Assembly (NCBI GenBank): GCA_041678455.1
Contig: JBAYOH010000003.1
Coordinates: 1-57,900, forward strand
DNA length: 57,900 bases
DNA from: Methanofastidiosum sp.
GTDB taxonomy: Archaea; Methanobacteriota_B; Thermococci; Methanofastidiosales; Methanofastidiosaceae
Reading direction: 5' to 3'
Part shown: one piece after another, positions 39,580 through 49,503 of the stretch
Layout: every line of letters starts with the position of its first letter
How positions within the stretch are numbered: the stretch's first letter is position 1
The notes under the pieces: generated by a model
Databases searched by the model: none
What the model was told of the DNA's origin: nothing
Seen by the model: the letters and a program-made list of their open reading frames with translations, nothing else
Program-made: the position numbers and the translations under genes

Positions 39580-40342
39580 TCTCTTCCATAAGTTCTTCCA
39601 AAATGTCCTTCCTTAACATTACGAATTCCGTATTGGTCCTACTTCTCTTTCTAGAAAGAGCTATCTTAAATTCTTTTTTTATTTTTGCAGGTCTTTTAGT
39701 TAGAACTAAAACCCTATCTCCAAGGTAAACTGCCTCGTCAACATTGTGTGTGATAAATATAATGGTTTTTTTTGTTTCAGTCCAGATTCGTAAGAGCTCG
39801 TCTTGAAGACTATTTCTTGTCTGTGCATCTAGAGCTCCAAATGGCTCATCCATAAGTAAAACATCAGGGTCATTGACTAAGGCCCTTGCAATCGCCACTC
39901 TTTGCTTCATCCCCCCCGATAATTGGTGGGGATAACTGTTCTCATATCCACTCAAGCCTACCATTGAAATAAATTTATTGGATAGCATTTTTCTTTTTTC
40001 AGGGGGTATGCCCTTGTACTCAAGACCAAATTCAACGTTTTTCTGGACCGTCCTCCATGGAAACAGTGCAAATTCTTGAAAGACCATCCCTTTTTTTGAG
40101 GAAGGGGATTCTACTTTTTCCCCATCGAGCAGAACTTCACCTGTGTCGGCTTGCTGCAAGCCTGCTATAATCCTTAAAATTGTTGTTTTGCCGCAACCTG
40201 AAGATCCAACTATGGAAAGAAATTCTCCCTCGTAAACATCAAAACTAAGATCTTCGATTACAGGCAGAGGTTTCCCATCGTCAGAATTAATAAAACTCTT
40301 TGATATGTTATTTACCTCAACCTTTATTTTATTCATATACAT
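39551..40342 (-). CDS. NitT/TauT ABC ATP-binding protein
   Basis: GSSGCGKT, LSGGMKQR, MDEPFGALD. Confidence 0.92.
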   Translation of the reverse strand: MYMNKIKVEVNNISKSFINSDDGKPLPVIEDLSFDVYEGEFLSIVGSSGCGKTTILRIIAGLQQADTGEVLLDGEKVESPSSKKGMVFQEFALFPWRTVQKNVEFGLEYKGIPPEKRKMLSNKFISMVGLSGYENSYPHQLSGGMKQRVAIARALVNDPDVLLMDEPFGALDAQTRNSLQDELLRIWTETKKTIIFITHNVDEAVYLGDRVLVLTKRPAKIKKEFKIALSRKRSRTNTEFVMLRKDILEELMEEINIQSPPST

Positions 40343-40410
40343 TGTCTTGTAAAACTACTTTTAAATTTTGCCATGATTCAATTTATAAAGAAAGGACTTT
40401 TTTTATCTTT

Positions 40411-40884
40411 ATGAAAATAATTGGGGTGTATGGCTTTAAAAAATCCGGAAAGACGACAATTGTAACTTCAATTATCAATGCCCTGGTCAAAGAAGGATAT
40501 TCTGTTTCATCCGCCAAAAGTATCCACATCGATAGCTTCTCTTTGGAGACTGAAGGAACTGACACATTCAAACATCACTCTTCTGGTGCAAAAAGTGTTG
40601 GTTTAGCTTATCCAGAGGGTAAAGCAATCTTATACTATGATCTAAAGACAGAAGATTTCCTAAATAAGTTTGATTCGGATTACCTTATCCTTGAAGGTTT
40701 TAGGGATTATAAATGCCCAAAAATTCTCTGTGCAAGGAATGAAGATGACGTATTAAAAGATCTGAGGGAAGAAGTTTTCTGCATATCGGGTTTAATCTCT
40801 AATAAGATTCAAGATTATAAAGGAATACCAGTAATTAATTATGGCCAAATAAATAAAATTATAGAAATAATAGAAAAGTTATAG
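40411..40884 (+). CDS. mobB: Molybdopterin-guanine dinucleotide biosynthesis protein B
   Basis: GFKKSGKTT, GTDT, LILEGF. Confidence 0.8.
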   Translation: MKIIGVYGFKKSGKTTIVTSIINALVKEGYSVSSAKSIHIDSFSLETEGTDTFKHHSSGAKSVGLAYPEGKAILYYDLKTEDFLNKFDSDYLILEGFRDYKCPKILCARNEDDVLKDLREEVFCISGLISNKIQDYKGIPVINYGQINKIIEIIEKL

Positions 40885-41211
40885 GTTTTTGATGCATTTC
40901 TCAAGAAACTCTTTTGTTTGGGTATACTCGGATAGTATCTTTTCACCAAATGGTGTCAACTCTGAATGGCCTCCGCCTTTCCCACCCCTAGTTTTAGAAA
41001 TAATTTCCTGACCAGAACTCTTTTCAATCGCCCTTATCTTCCTCCATGCGTGGGCATAGGATATATTATAAAAGTTTGCTGCTTCAGAGATGGATTTCAA
41101 CTCCTTAATTTTAAGCAAAAGATCAGCAGTTCCCTTTCCCAAAATATATCTTTTTTCTTTGTCTTCAAGCCACATTTTGAATTTAGGTATATGTTCCATA
41201 GTATCAATCAC
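40879..41211 (-). CDS. ModE N-terminal-type wHTH regulator
   Basis: SISEAA...ISYAHAW...RGGKGGGHSELT. Confidence 0.85.
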   Translation of the reverse strand: MIDTMEHIPKFKMWLEDKEKRYILGKGTADLLLKIKELKSISEAANFYNISYAHAWRKIRAIEKSSGQEIISKTRGGKGGGHSELTPFGEKILSEYTQTKEFLEKCIKNL

Positions 41212-41333
41212 ACGAAGAGTATATATGCCACAAACATGAAAATTATTAAGACTATTGCGAGTATTATACTATCTCTATTGTTGAGTCTTGCCTTTGGAAC
41301 TCCATCAATATCCCTATCAATTTCTTCTTCCAT
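41208..41333 (-). CDS. 41-aa single-TM microprotein (absent from ORF track)
   Basis: MEEEIDRDIDGVPKARLNNRDSIILAIVLIIFMFVAYILFV*; GTGA overlap with the ModE-like gene. Confidence 0.6.
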   Translation of the reverse strand: MEEEIDRDIDGVPKARLNNRDSIILAIVLIIFMFVAYILFV

Positions 41334-41393
41334 ATCATTACCATTCTTATTAGGAGTTAAAAGTATATAAATCAATGGTTTATCGAAATGAAA

Positions 41394-42065
41394 TTAATAT
41401 TTATTGTAAATGAACTTTACAATATACAAAAAAGGTGTATCAAGAACAGCTATAATCCATTTTACTATATACTGCCCTATAACTAATGACAGTAGAATAT
41501 CTATAGGGGCAGTTCCATAAAATGCAATTGTGATGAAAATAACTGTGTCTGCAAGCTGACTTATCATAGTTCCTGCGTTATTCCTAAGCCAGAGATGCTT
41601 TGGATACTTATTCTTAAAAAACATGAAGATCTTTACATCAAGATTTTGAGAAACTAAATATGCAATCATTGACCCAAGAACAATTCTTGGAACTATCCCG
41701 AATATAGTTTCAAACGCTGCCTGGCCCTGCCAAAATGGGGCCGCCTGCCATTGAATTGCAACCCAGACTGAAATAACAAGTACTATGTTTGATATAAATC
41801 CGATAAAGACCGCTTTGATTGCTTCCTTCTCGGAGTATAATTCTGAAAGAAAATCAGTCAACAAAAATGTAGTCGAATAAACTAAGACGGCCGCAGGAAC
41901 TGTAAACGGTCCAAAAACTACTATTTTGGATGCAATGATGTTAGCAACTACTGTAAAGCATGCAAACATCCCAATAATATATTCTACCCCATACCTTTTG
42001 GCAATAACTGCAGAAATTGATCCTATTGCCAATGTCAAAAGAATCCAGACGATAACTTCAATCAT
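41394..42065 (-). CDS. yhhQ: YhhQ/VUT queuosine-precursor transporter
   Basis: ANIIASK, SQNLDV, LRNNAGTMISQLADT, LDTPF. Confidence 0.88.
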   Translation of the reverse strand: MIEVIVWILLTLAIGSISAVIAKRYGVEYIIGMFACFTVVANIIASKIVVFGPFTVPAAVLVYSTTFLLTDFLSELYSEKEAIKAVFIGFISNIVLVISVWVAIQWQAAPFWQGQAAFETIFGIVPRIVLGSMIAYLVSQNLDVKIFMFFKNKYPKHLWLRNNAGTMISQLADTVIFITIAFYGTAPIDILLSLVIGQYIVKWIIAVLDTPFLYIVKFIYNKY

Positions 42066-42097
42066 GCGTTAACCCTTCTATTTTTTTTATTGTTGAT

Positions 42098-42718
42098 TCA
42101 TTTTGGATAATTTTTCATGTTGGTAGTTTTATTAAGGAGCCCATACGGAAGTAAGAATGGTACTCTCTTTGTGTAATCGACGTAACGCTCCCCAAACAAA
42201 GCAATCATAACTTTTTCTTCTTCTTTGGACATGTGGACAACAAAAATTGTAATTAGGATTGCAAATTCAAGGTATAGGAGGTAAGGGCTTGCAATTATAA
42301 ACCCCCATACTGCCAATAACCATGAAAAATACAGAGGGTGCCTACAAATAGAATATGCGCCTTCATAGAAGAATACCTTCGGAGTGTCCATTACCCCAAA
42401 ATATTGAGGCAGCCTATCTGCTTTAGATATTTGGAGTGTTACATAGGAAGATAGCCACATCGCAATTAGAGGTGGAACTATTCTGATTAGACCTTTTATG
42501 GGGGTAAAAAGCTCAGGTGTTGTTTTCCTATATAAAAATACAAAGTACAAAGTAAGGCCCAATAATAAGAGTGAAACGGGTATTCTTATCAATGTATACG
42601 AAGAAAGACTTAAACTAAACTTTGATGTAAATATTCTCTTAAATGAGTCTTTTGAAGTGGCTAAATGCCATATGCCAAAAATCATGAAAACAAATAATAC
42701 TAACAGGTATTCAATCAT
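42098..42718 (-). CDS. ICMT/PEMT-family membrane methyltransferase
   Basis: GAYSICRHPLY, EEKVM...FGERYVDYTKRVP. Confidence 0.8.
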   Translation of the reverse strand: MIEYLLVLFVFMIFGIWHLATSKDSFKRIFTSKFSLSLSSYTLIRIPVSLLLLGLTLYFVFLYRKTTPELFTPIKGLIRIVPPLIAMWLSSYVTLQISKADRLPQYFGVMDTPKVFFYEGAYSICRHPLYFSWLLAVWGFIIASPYLLYLEFAILITIFVVHMSKEEEKVMIALFGERYVDYTKRVPFLLPYGLLNKTTNMKNYPK

Positions 42719-42796
42719 AAAACCACATAAAATCTTAAATCCAATTATATTAAAAAGATTTCTTAAAATTAAAGAGAAATTAAAAATTAAATTTTT

Positions 42797-44443
42797 TTAT
42801 TTTGGTATAGGGCTAAAGTCCTTTGCATACCATGCGGGGTATAGAACGTAGTAGAGTATCAAGGAAACAAATAATCCTATGAACCATGTCCACATCCCTG
42901 TTGCTGGTGCTATTAAGGGTAATCCCATTGAAACTACTATTCCAAGGAATAGAGAAACTGCACCGATCATGTTGACCCCGTGTGTTTTAGAGTATCCAAG
43001 GTATATTGAACCCAACACACCAAGTACTAATACTGCTGTTGTAATCCATGAAGGCCATCCTGTTCCAAGTATTAATCCCTTAGTTGAGAAGTACACAATC
43101 AATATAGCGCATATTCCTAACAATACGGTCATTACGGGGTTTGCATTCTTCTTGAAATCGTAGTATCCGTTATTCTTGTATATGTCATCTAACTTAATAG
43201 TTTGTTTCCTAACAAGCCAAAAGTCTGCTATAACGACACCTGCAATAGGCCCAAGGAATGCCCCATATCCCAATAGCCATGTCCAGATGTATGCATTTGG
43301 ATCTGCCAAGAATCTCCAAGGCTGCATTAGTATACCTATCAAGCTTATGATAATAGTTGTAACTTCCCAGTTTAGTTTCTTTGGATATACATGCATTACA
43401 TCGTTAATTGGAGCAACCATGTTTGCAGCAATATTTGTTGTAAGTGTTGCTAGAATGACAAATATTAATCCAACGTAAATGAAGAATACGCTTCCAGTTT
43501 TAATCATCAAAGTTACAGGATCCCAGATTGCACTTCCGAAAATAACAACTGATGCAGATGTGACTGCAACTCCTATGAAGGAGTATAAGGTCATTGTTGT
43601 TGGCATTCCAAGTGTCTGGCCTATATACTGAACTTTCTGATTTTTAGCAAACCTAGTCAAGTCAGATATATTAATCGCTAGAGTTGCCCAGTATGCCACC
43701 ATTGCAGTCAAGAATGCTGGCCATATCGCCCAAGATGCGGTTGTTGGCTGGCTTAAAATTGGCCCCCATCCACCTGCTTCTTTGTATCCCCACCAGAGTA
43801 AACCTATTCCAATCAAGAGTAATAACGGTGCTGAAAGATCATTTAACCATTTTACACCAGGTGCAGATTTCTTAGGTGAAGAGTAGTAACAGATTACAAC
43901 GGTCATTAACCAAGACAAAAGGAACGATATGACTGTGTGTGCATTTAAGTTGAAAAAGGGTATAGTTCCAGTCAATGCACCGTATCCAGTTGGGCTTAAT
44001 TCAACTAAAATACCGTCAACTGCGAAGGCCATAACCATTGTCTGAATTCCAAACCATCCTATGGCTACGACTGCTCTTAGCAACGCCGGGATATTAGCCC
44101 CATAAATACCAAATGCGCTTCTCAAGAAAACAGGGAATGGTATACCGTACTTTGTTCCTGCAAAGGAGTTTAGAACCATTGGGATCAATACAATAATTTG
44201 ACCGAGAGCTATGGTACCAATGACGATTGCCCAATTGAATCCAGCGTCAACCATACTTGCACCTAACATCCATGTTGGAACACATACGGACATCCCTATC
44301 CATATAGCAATGTACTCGTAGTATCCCCATGTCCTTTTTGCAAAGGGCACAGGCGCTAAGTCTGAGTTGTAAAACTGAGAATCAGGCAATGTTTCGGTAA
44401 GTTCGAACCTACCGTCAATTTCTTTTACAATAGACTTTGCCAT
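42797..44443 (-). CDS. NCS1 nucleobase:cation symporter
   Basis: WIGMSV, GIPFPVFLRSAFG, WFGIQT, ISDLTRFA, NIAAN; GGAGGT RBS before 44443. Confidence 0.9.
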   Translation of the reverse strand: MAKSIVKEIDGRFELTETLPDSQFYNSDLAPVPFAKRTWGYYEYIAIWIGMSVCVPTWMLGASMVDAGFNWAIVIGTIALGQIIVLIPMVLNSFAGTKYGIPFPVFLRSAFGIYGANIPALLRAVVAIGWFGIQTMVMAFAVDGILVELSPTGYGALTGTIPFFNLNAHTVISFLLSWLMTVVICYYSSPKKSAPGVKWLNDLSAPLLLLIGIGLLWWGYKEAGGWGPILSQPTTASWAIWPAFLTAMVAYWATLAINISDLTRFAKNQKVQYIGQTLGMPTTMTLYSFIGVAVTSASVVIFGSAIWDPVTLMIKTGSVFFIYVGLIFVILATLTTNIAANMVAPINDVMHVYPKKLNWEVTTIIISLIGILMQPWRFLADPNAYIWTWLLGYGAFLGPIAGVVIADFWLVRKQTIKLDDIYKNNGYYDFKKNANPVMTVLLGICAILIVYFSTKGLILGTGWPSWITTAVLVLGVLGSIYLGYSKTHGVNMIGAVSLFLGIVVSMGLPLIAPATGMWTWFIGLFVSLILYYVLYPAWYAKDFSPIPK

Positions 44444-44554
44444 CGTTTTTACCTCCATTTTTTTGCCGAACTTATTATCGACGTATTGTTATGTAATTGA
44501 ATATTTAAAAATGTTTTGGTGAGTTATTAGCCGAAATAAGATTTTATTGGATAA

Positions 44555-44917
44555 GTGGCTAATAATATGGACAATAATCGAAAATTTTTTATATTTGCAA
44601 TGAAAAAATGTTATTTTATAAAAAATCCTGAAATACTCACTAGAAATATTTATAAAACAGGATTAAAATCAATTATTGTGGCGTCGACAATATTAATCAA
44701 TCTGATATTTACTGCAATAATATCTATAATGGCTTACTTAAAGTATCTAAGCGCAAAGAAGGATATTTACAAATACTTTGCAATCGGTTTCTCACTCTTT
44801 TCAATTCCATTTATTATGAGTGTGCTGAGAATTTTGTTTTATGGAAGAAGTGAAGTTGATCTGATAATCAACATCATAGGTTACATTGCTATTATTTATG
44901 GATTGATGAATAGATAA
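44555..44917 (+). CDS. Hypothetical membrane protein (true start probably about 44678)
   Basis: Three hydrophobic segments. Confidence 0.4.
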   Translation: MANNMDNNRKFFIFAMKKCYFIKNPEILTRNIYKTGLKSIIVASTILINLIFTAIISIMAYLKYLSAKKDIYKYFAIGFSLFSIPFIMSVLRILFYGRSEVDLIINIIGYIAIIYGLMNR

Positions 44918-44936
44918 TTTTTCTCAAAAAAAAATT

Positions 44937-45014
44937 TGGTAGCGGGGAGTGGATTTGAACCACTGGCCTGCGGGTTATGAGCCCGCCGGGCACTCCTAGC
45001 TGCCCTACCCCGCT
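44937..45014 (-). tRNA. tRNA-Met(CAU), initiator
   Basis: AGCGGGG start, three G-C pairs in anticodon stem, CAT anticodon, encoded CCA. Confidence 0.95.
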
Positions 45015-45028
45015 AGAATAAACATAAG

Positions 45029-45101
45029 CGGACCCGGAGGGATTCGAACCCTCGATCTACGGCTTAGAAGGCCGTCGCCTTATCCGCTGGGCTACGGGTC
45101 C
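45029..45101 (-). tRNA. tRNA-Arg(UCU)
   Basis: GGACCCG/CGGGTCC acceptor stem, ACGGC-CTTCTAA-GCCGT, GTTCGAATC. Confidence 0.95.
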
Positions 45102-45297
45102 TGATGCCTTAGATTATAATTTAATCTTTGCTGGCTACTTATAAATGTTTCTCTCAAAAATGAAGTTTAAAATTAATGAAGATTAAAGATAATCCTCAAT
45201 TTTTTATCATTTATAGAAATTTTAAAAGAATAATCTTGAATATTCTAAAAATAAATTAATAAGAAAAGCATATAAATTTAAGGTCAAAATACTAAAT

Positions 45298-46161
45298 ATG
45301 TATCGACCCCCTTATGTTGCCGGGAGTTTTTATCCTAAAGATAAATCAACGCTTCAAAAAATGATTGGAAAATTTATGGAAGAAGCAAAAAGGAATATTG
45401 ATTTTATCGACGAAGGGAAATACGCTGGGGTGCTGTGCCCTCACGCGGGGTATGTTTTTTCTGGTAAAACTCAAGCTTATTCCTACTCCTACTTATCAGA
45501 TTCTCCACCAGAAACTTTTGTCATTCTTGGACCAAATCATACCGGTTTAGGTCTTCCTGTATCATTGATGGATAAAGGCTCTTGGGAAACACCATTTGGC
45601 GAAATAAAAATAAATGAAGAGCTTGCATCAAAGATAGTTGAAAAATCAGGATTTATAGGGGTCGATTCTTCTGCCCATAAATATGAGCATTCGATAGAGG
45701 TACAGTTACCATTTTTACAGTACATCAAAGAAGATGCAACTTTTGTCCCGATATGTATGGGGATTCAGGATAAAGAAACGGCTCTTGATATAGGAAAGGC
45801 GATTGCTAAATCAAGCAAAGAATCTGTAGGGGTAATAGCTTCAAGTGACCTTGTCCACTATGGCAGTCGATTTGGATATAATCCCTTAAAGGGGAACAAG
45901 GAAGATACTCTTTCCTGGATAAAGAACAATGACATGGAGATACTCAAAATGGCCGAGAATTTTGATATAGATGGATTATACAAATTTATAGATACCAAGA
46001 GGTATACTACATGTGGTTATGGCCCACTTTCAGTTATGCTTTCTTCTATGGGGGAGCTAGGCGCAAAAAAAGCAAGAATTTTAGATTATTCAAATTCCTA
46101 TGAAACTTCAGGAGATTGGAGTGCTGTAGTAGGTTATGGCTCGGTGGGGATCAGATGCTAG
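45298..46161 (+). CDS. MEMO1 family (AmmeMemoRadiSam protein B)
   Basis: AGSFYP, PHAGY, GPNH, EHSIEVQLPF, SSDLVHY, CG. Confidence 0.92.
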   Translation: MYRPPYVAGSFYPKDKSTLQKMIGKFMEEAKRNIDFIDEGKYAGVLCPHAGYVFSGKTQAYSYSYLSDSPPETFVILGPNHTGLGLPVSLMDKGSWETPFGEIKINEELASKIVEKSGFIGVDSSAHKYEHSIEVQLPFLQYIKEDATFVPICMGIQDKETALDIGKAIAKSSKESVGVIASSDLVHYGSRFGYNPLKGNKEDTLSWIKNNDMEILKMAENFDIDGLYKFIDTKRYTTCGYGPLSVMLSSMGELGAKKARILDYSNSYETSGDWSAVVGYGSVGIRC

Positions 46162-47132
46162 TATCTGCGCCAGGTAAGATAATCTTGTTCGGAGAGCATT
46201 CTGTTGTTTATGGGAAAGGTGCAATAGCTTCGGCAATTGATTTACGTACGTATACCGATGGAAAGCTATTGAATGAGAAAATAATCAAGATCCATGCAAA
46301 CGATCTTAAAATTCCGGGGCTAAGTATATCATTTTCTGAGGAAGAGATTTTTTTAGGAACTGACTACGGCAAGGCTGGATTTGTGGTATCTTATGTTAAG
46401 TCAGCTATAGAACGGATATTCAATGAATATGGTTCAAGGAAGGGCTTTGAGATATCCATAAAATCTGATATCCCTGTTGGTGCTGGGCTTGGCTCGTCTG
46501 CTGCCGTTGTTGTTCCAACATTAAAACTTCTTTCAGAGCTTCTTGAGATGAAACTTAAAAACGAGGAAATAGCAAGAATGGGAAAAGAAGTTGAGTTTGA
46601 AGTCCAAGGGGGTTCAAGCGGGATTGACCCTGCCGTTTCAGCTCTTGGTGGCGGACTTTATTTTAAGAAAGAAAAGATTGAAAGATTCTCCGCGCCAAAT
46701 CTCCCCCTAATAGTTGGATACACCGGAGAAAAGGGAAGCACAAAGATTCTTCTTGAAAAAGTAAAGGCATTGAAGGAGGAGTATCCTGGAATCGTTAATG
46801 ACATTATGGATGCCATGGGGGAGATAGCAGACAAGGGAAAGAAAATATTAAGCGATAACGGCGACCTAAAAGAACTGGGTGCTTTGATGAACATTAATAA
46901 CGGCCTCCTTGAAGCTATAGGCGTTTCAACAAAAGAATTATCAGAACTTGTATTTGCATCAAGGATTTCTGGAGCGCTTGGTGCAAAAATAACTGGTGCA
47001 GGTGGCGGCGGGTGCATGTATGCGCTAGCACCAAACAAACAGAGAGAAGTTGAGACTGCCATCAGAATTGCCGGAGGTATACCCATCAGAACTAAAACAA
47101 CTGATGAAGGGGTAAGAATTGAGCATGAGTGA
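46155..47132 (+). CDS. mvk: Mevalonate kinase
   Basis: SAPGKIILFGEHSVVYG, PVGAGLGSSAA, KITGAGGGG. Confidence 0.93.
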   Translation: MLVSAPGKIILFGEHSVVYGKGAIASAIDLRTYTDGKLLNEKIIKIHANDLKIPGLSISFSEEEIFLGTDYGKAGFVVSYVKSAIERIFNEYGSRKGFEISIKSDIPVGAGLGSSAAVVVPTLKLLSELLEMKLKNEEIARMGKEVEFEVQGGSSGIDPAVSALGGGLYFKKEKIERFSAPNLPLIVGYTGEKGSTKILLEKVKALKEEYPGIVNDIMDAMGEIADKGKKILSDNGDLKELGALMNINNGLLEAIGVSTKELSELVFASRISGALGAKITGAGGGGCMYALAPNKQREVETAIRIAGGIPIRTKTTDEGVRIEHE

Positions 47133-48280
47133 ATACTTATCATACATAATTAATGACAGGGCGCGTGATCACTCTATTGAGAAAACTTCAACTGATTTTG
47201 TTTCTATTGACGTGGCAAAAAAGATAAGGTCAATCTATTCTGGTATGTCAGAATATCGTAGGACGCCCTTGGTATCTTTGGAAAAACTTGGCGTTGGAAA
47301 GATATGGGTGAAGGATGAATCCTATAGATTTGGCCTAAATTCATTTAAGTCGCTTGGCGGAATCTATGCAATTTATAAGCCATTAGAAAAAAATGGCCGG
47401 CAGGAGTATTTCCATGTCCGAAATATTTTCTCCCTCTTTTAAGGAAGGGTTGGTGAATTGACATTTTCTGCTGCAACTGACAGAAATCATGGGTTGATGT
47501 TGTATGGGCTTTCATGAAGCTTGGACAGAAGGCCGTTATTTATTTACCAAAAGGTACAGTTCCTCAGAGAATTGAAGCAATAAAAAAGACTGGAGCTAAA
47601 GCTGTTGTAATAGAAGGGAACTATGACGATGCTGTAGAAAAGATGGCAAGAGACGGTGAAAATGAAAGTTGGCAGATAATATCTGATACTGTTTGGAAAG
47701 GGTATCAAGACATACCAAGATGGATCATGCAAGGCTATACTGTGCTATTTGATGAAGCAATAGAAGAGATAAAAGAAAATGGTGGCGTTATGCCAACTCA
47801 TATAATTCTCCAAGCAGGTGTTGGCTATTTCGACTCAATCTATGGGAAGAAAAGGCCGGTGTCCATTATTGTTGAACCGGATAATGCGGCTTGTTTTTAT
47901 GAATCAATTCAAATAAATGATGGAAGTCCTCACAGGGCAAAAGGGGATCTTTCAACCATAATGGCAGGATTGTCATGTGGTATCCCAAATCCAATAGCAT
48001 GGGATATTCACTTGACTATTCAGATGTCTTTGTTTCGTGTAAGGATGAGCTATCTGCACTTTCAATAAGGGTGTTGGGGAACCCTTTGAAAGGCGAAAAA
48101 AAGATAATTTCTGGGGAAAGTGGTGCAATTAGTCTTGGAGTCCTAATGTATATAAAGAAAGATCTAGAAATTGGGAAGGATTCAGAAATTTTATTAATCA
48201 GCACCGAAGGTGACACCGACCCGAAAGGCTATCTTGATGTTGTGTGGGGAGGAAAACTTTCTTCTCGACTTCTTATATAG
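47125..48280 (+). pseudogene. dpaL: Diaminopropionate ammonia-lyase, multiply frameshifted
   Basis: KDESYRFGLNSFKSLGG, ATDRNHG, TIMAGLSCG, SGESGA, STEGDTDP spread over at least three frames. Confidence 0.85.
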
Positions 48281-48866
48281 TCAATATTATAATAACGCCG
48301 ATCGCCATAAGTGCAATCCACCACATCTTCTCATGACGGAATATCTTTGTCCCATCTAGAGGTCCGAATGGTAAAAGGTTGAATACCCCGATAAACGCAC
48401 TGACATATGCAACTTGCGCAAGTAAAGGGATGAATGTGAACCTATACAGCCCAAGAGTAGAGACTGCAACTATCATATTTGCAAGAGGTCCCGAAAGAGA
48501 AATCTTTGCATCCTTCTTCTCATCTGTCAAGCCATATATGTAAACTGCGCCGGGTGCTGCAAACACTACCCCCAGGGCAAAGGACATCACTAAAGCAAGC
48601 AATAGCCCCATCTGCCAAAGATGAAACTGGGCAGGATATCCATATTTAATAGCAGTAAATTTATGAGAGAGCTCATGAAGCAAAAAAGCAGCGCCCACTA
48701 TCACAAAATATTTCGGGAGAGATGAGATAAAAAATATCATTTTGTTGACACTACTCAATGCAAATGCACCACCGCTGAATGCAAATCCAAATGCAATTGA
48801 CAATGCTGCCCAGGCAACTAATAGCTCAATGACTTCTTTTTTAGTAAAATTATACATACGCTTCAC
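48273..48866 (-). CDS. M50 site-2 metalloprotease
   Basis: HELSH, FNLLPFGPLDG. Confidence 0.9.
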   Translation of the reverse strand: MKRMYNFTKKEVIELLVAWAALSIAFGFAFSGGAFALSSVNKMIFFISSLPKYFVIVGAAFLLHELSHKFTAIKYGYPAQFHLWQMGLLLALVMSFALGVVFAAPGAVYIYGLTDEKKDAKISLSGPLANMIVAVSTLGLYRFTFIPLLAQVAYVSAFIGVFNLLPFGPLDGTKIFRHEKMWWIALMAIGVIIILTI

Positions 48867-49503
48867 CTAAGTACCTTATTATCCCAGAAACATGACCTGC
48901 TCCCACGATAGCTAAAACCTTTTCCTTCTGTATTCTTTTTAAGTTTTCTGCCATGAATCTGTCACGCTCATCCACAAGCACTTCATATATGAAGGGGTAC
49001 CTATCCTTGATTTCATCGATTAACTCTACTGGATTTTCATAGACATAATCAATTGAATACTCTTTGTCAGGTAAAATTGCATCTTTTAAAATCATGGCTT
49101 TTTCTTTGAATCCAACTTTCTCTAAGAGTTTCTGTATTGTTATTCTAAGGTCTCTATCGATTAATGCTACAGGTATACCTAAAGATCTAGCTTCTACAGC
49201 GGCCTCAATCATTTCCCTTCCCGCCATAATCCCTGTATCGCTTGATATCCTCTTCTGGAGATACGACATAAACAATAGCAAAAGTGCATTTTTAAAACCA
49301 AAATCTTTCATCTCACGAAGCGTTGGCTTTCTATCGTCATTGTGAAGTAGTGCATCAAGCCTCGCAGGGTCTAGCTCAAGAGCAACTATATCAGGTTTTT
49401 CTTCCCTTATGGTTTCCCTGACTTCAATGACACTCTTCTCATAGACATGGGCAGTACCAAGAATTATGTAGTTAGTATCCCCTACTTTGAGAAATTCCTT
49501 CAT
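48850..49503 (-). CDS. TraB/PrgY family protein
   Basis: LGTAHV, VALELD, EM, ERD, VGAGH. Confidence 0.88.
   Translation of the reverse strand: MKEFLKVGDTNYIILGTAHVYEKSVIEVRETIREEKPDIVALELDPARLDALLHNDDRKPTLREMKDFGFKNALLLLFMSYLQKRISSDTGIMAGREMIEAAVEARSLGIPVALIDRDLRITIQKLLEKVGFKEKAMILKDAILPDKEYSIDYVYENPVELIDEIKDRYPFIYEVLVDERDRFMAENLKRIQKEKVLAIVGAGHVSGIIRYLGEAYV

Noticed and set aside
41394-42797. preQ1 riboswitch upstream of yhhQ
   Set aside because: The leader is only about 30 nt and no riboswitch-like stem is visible upstream of the operon
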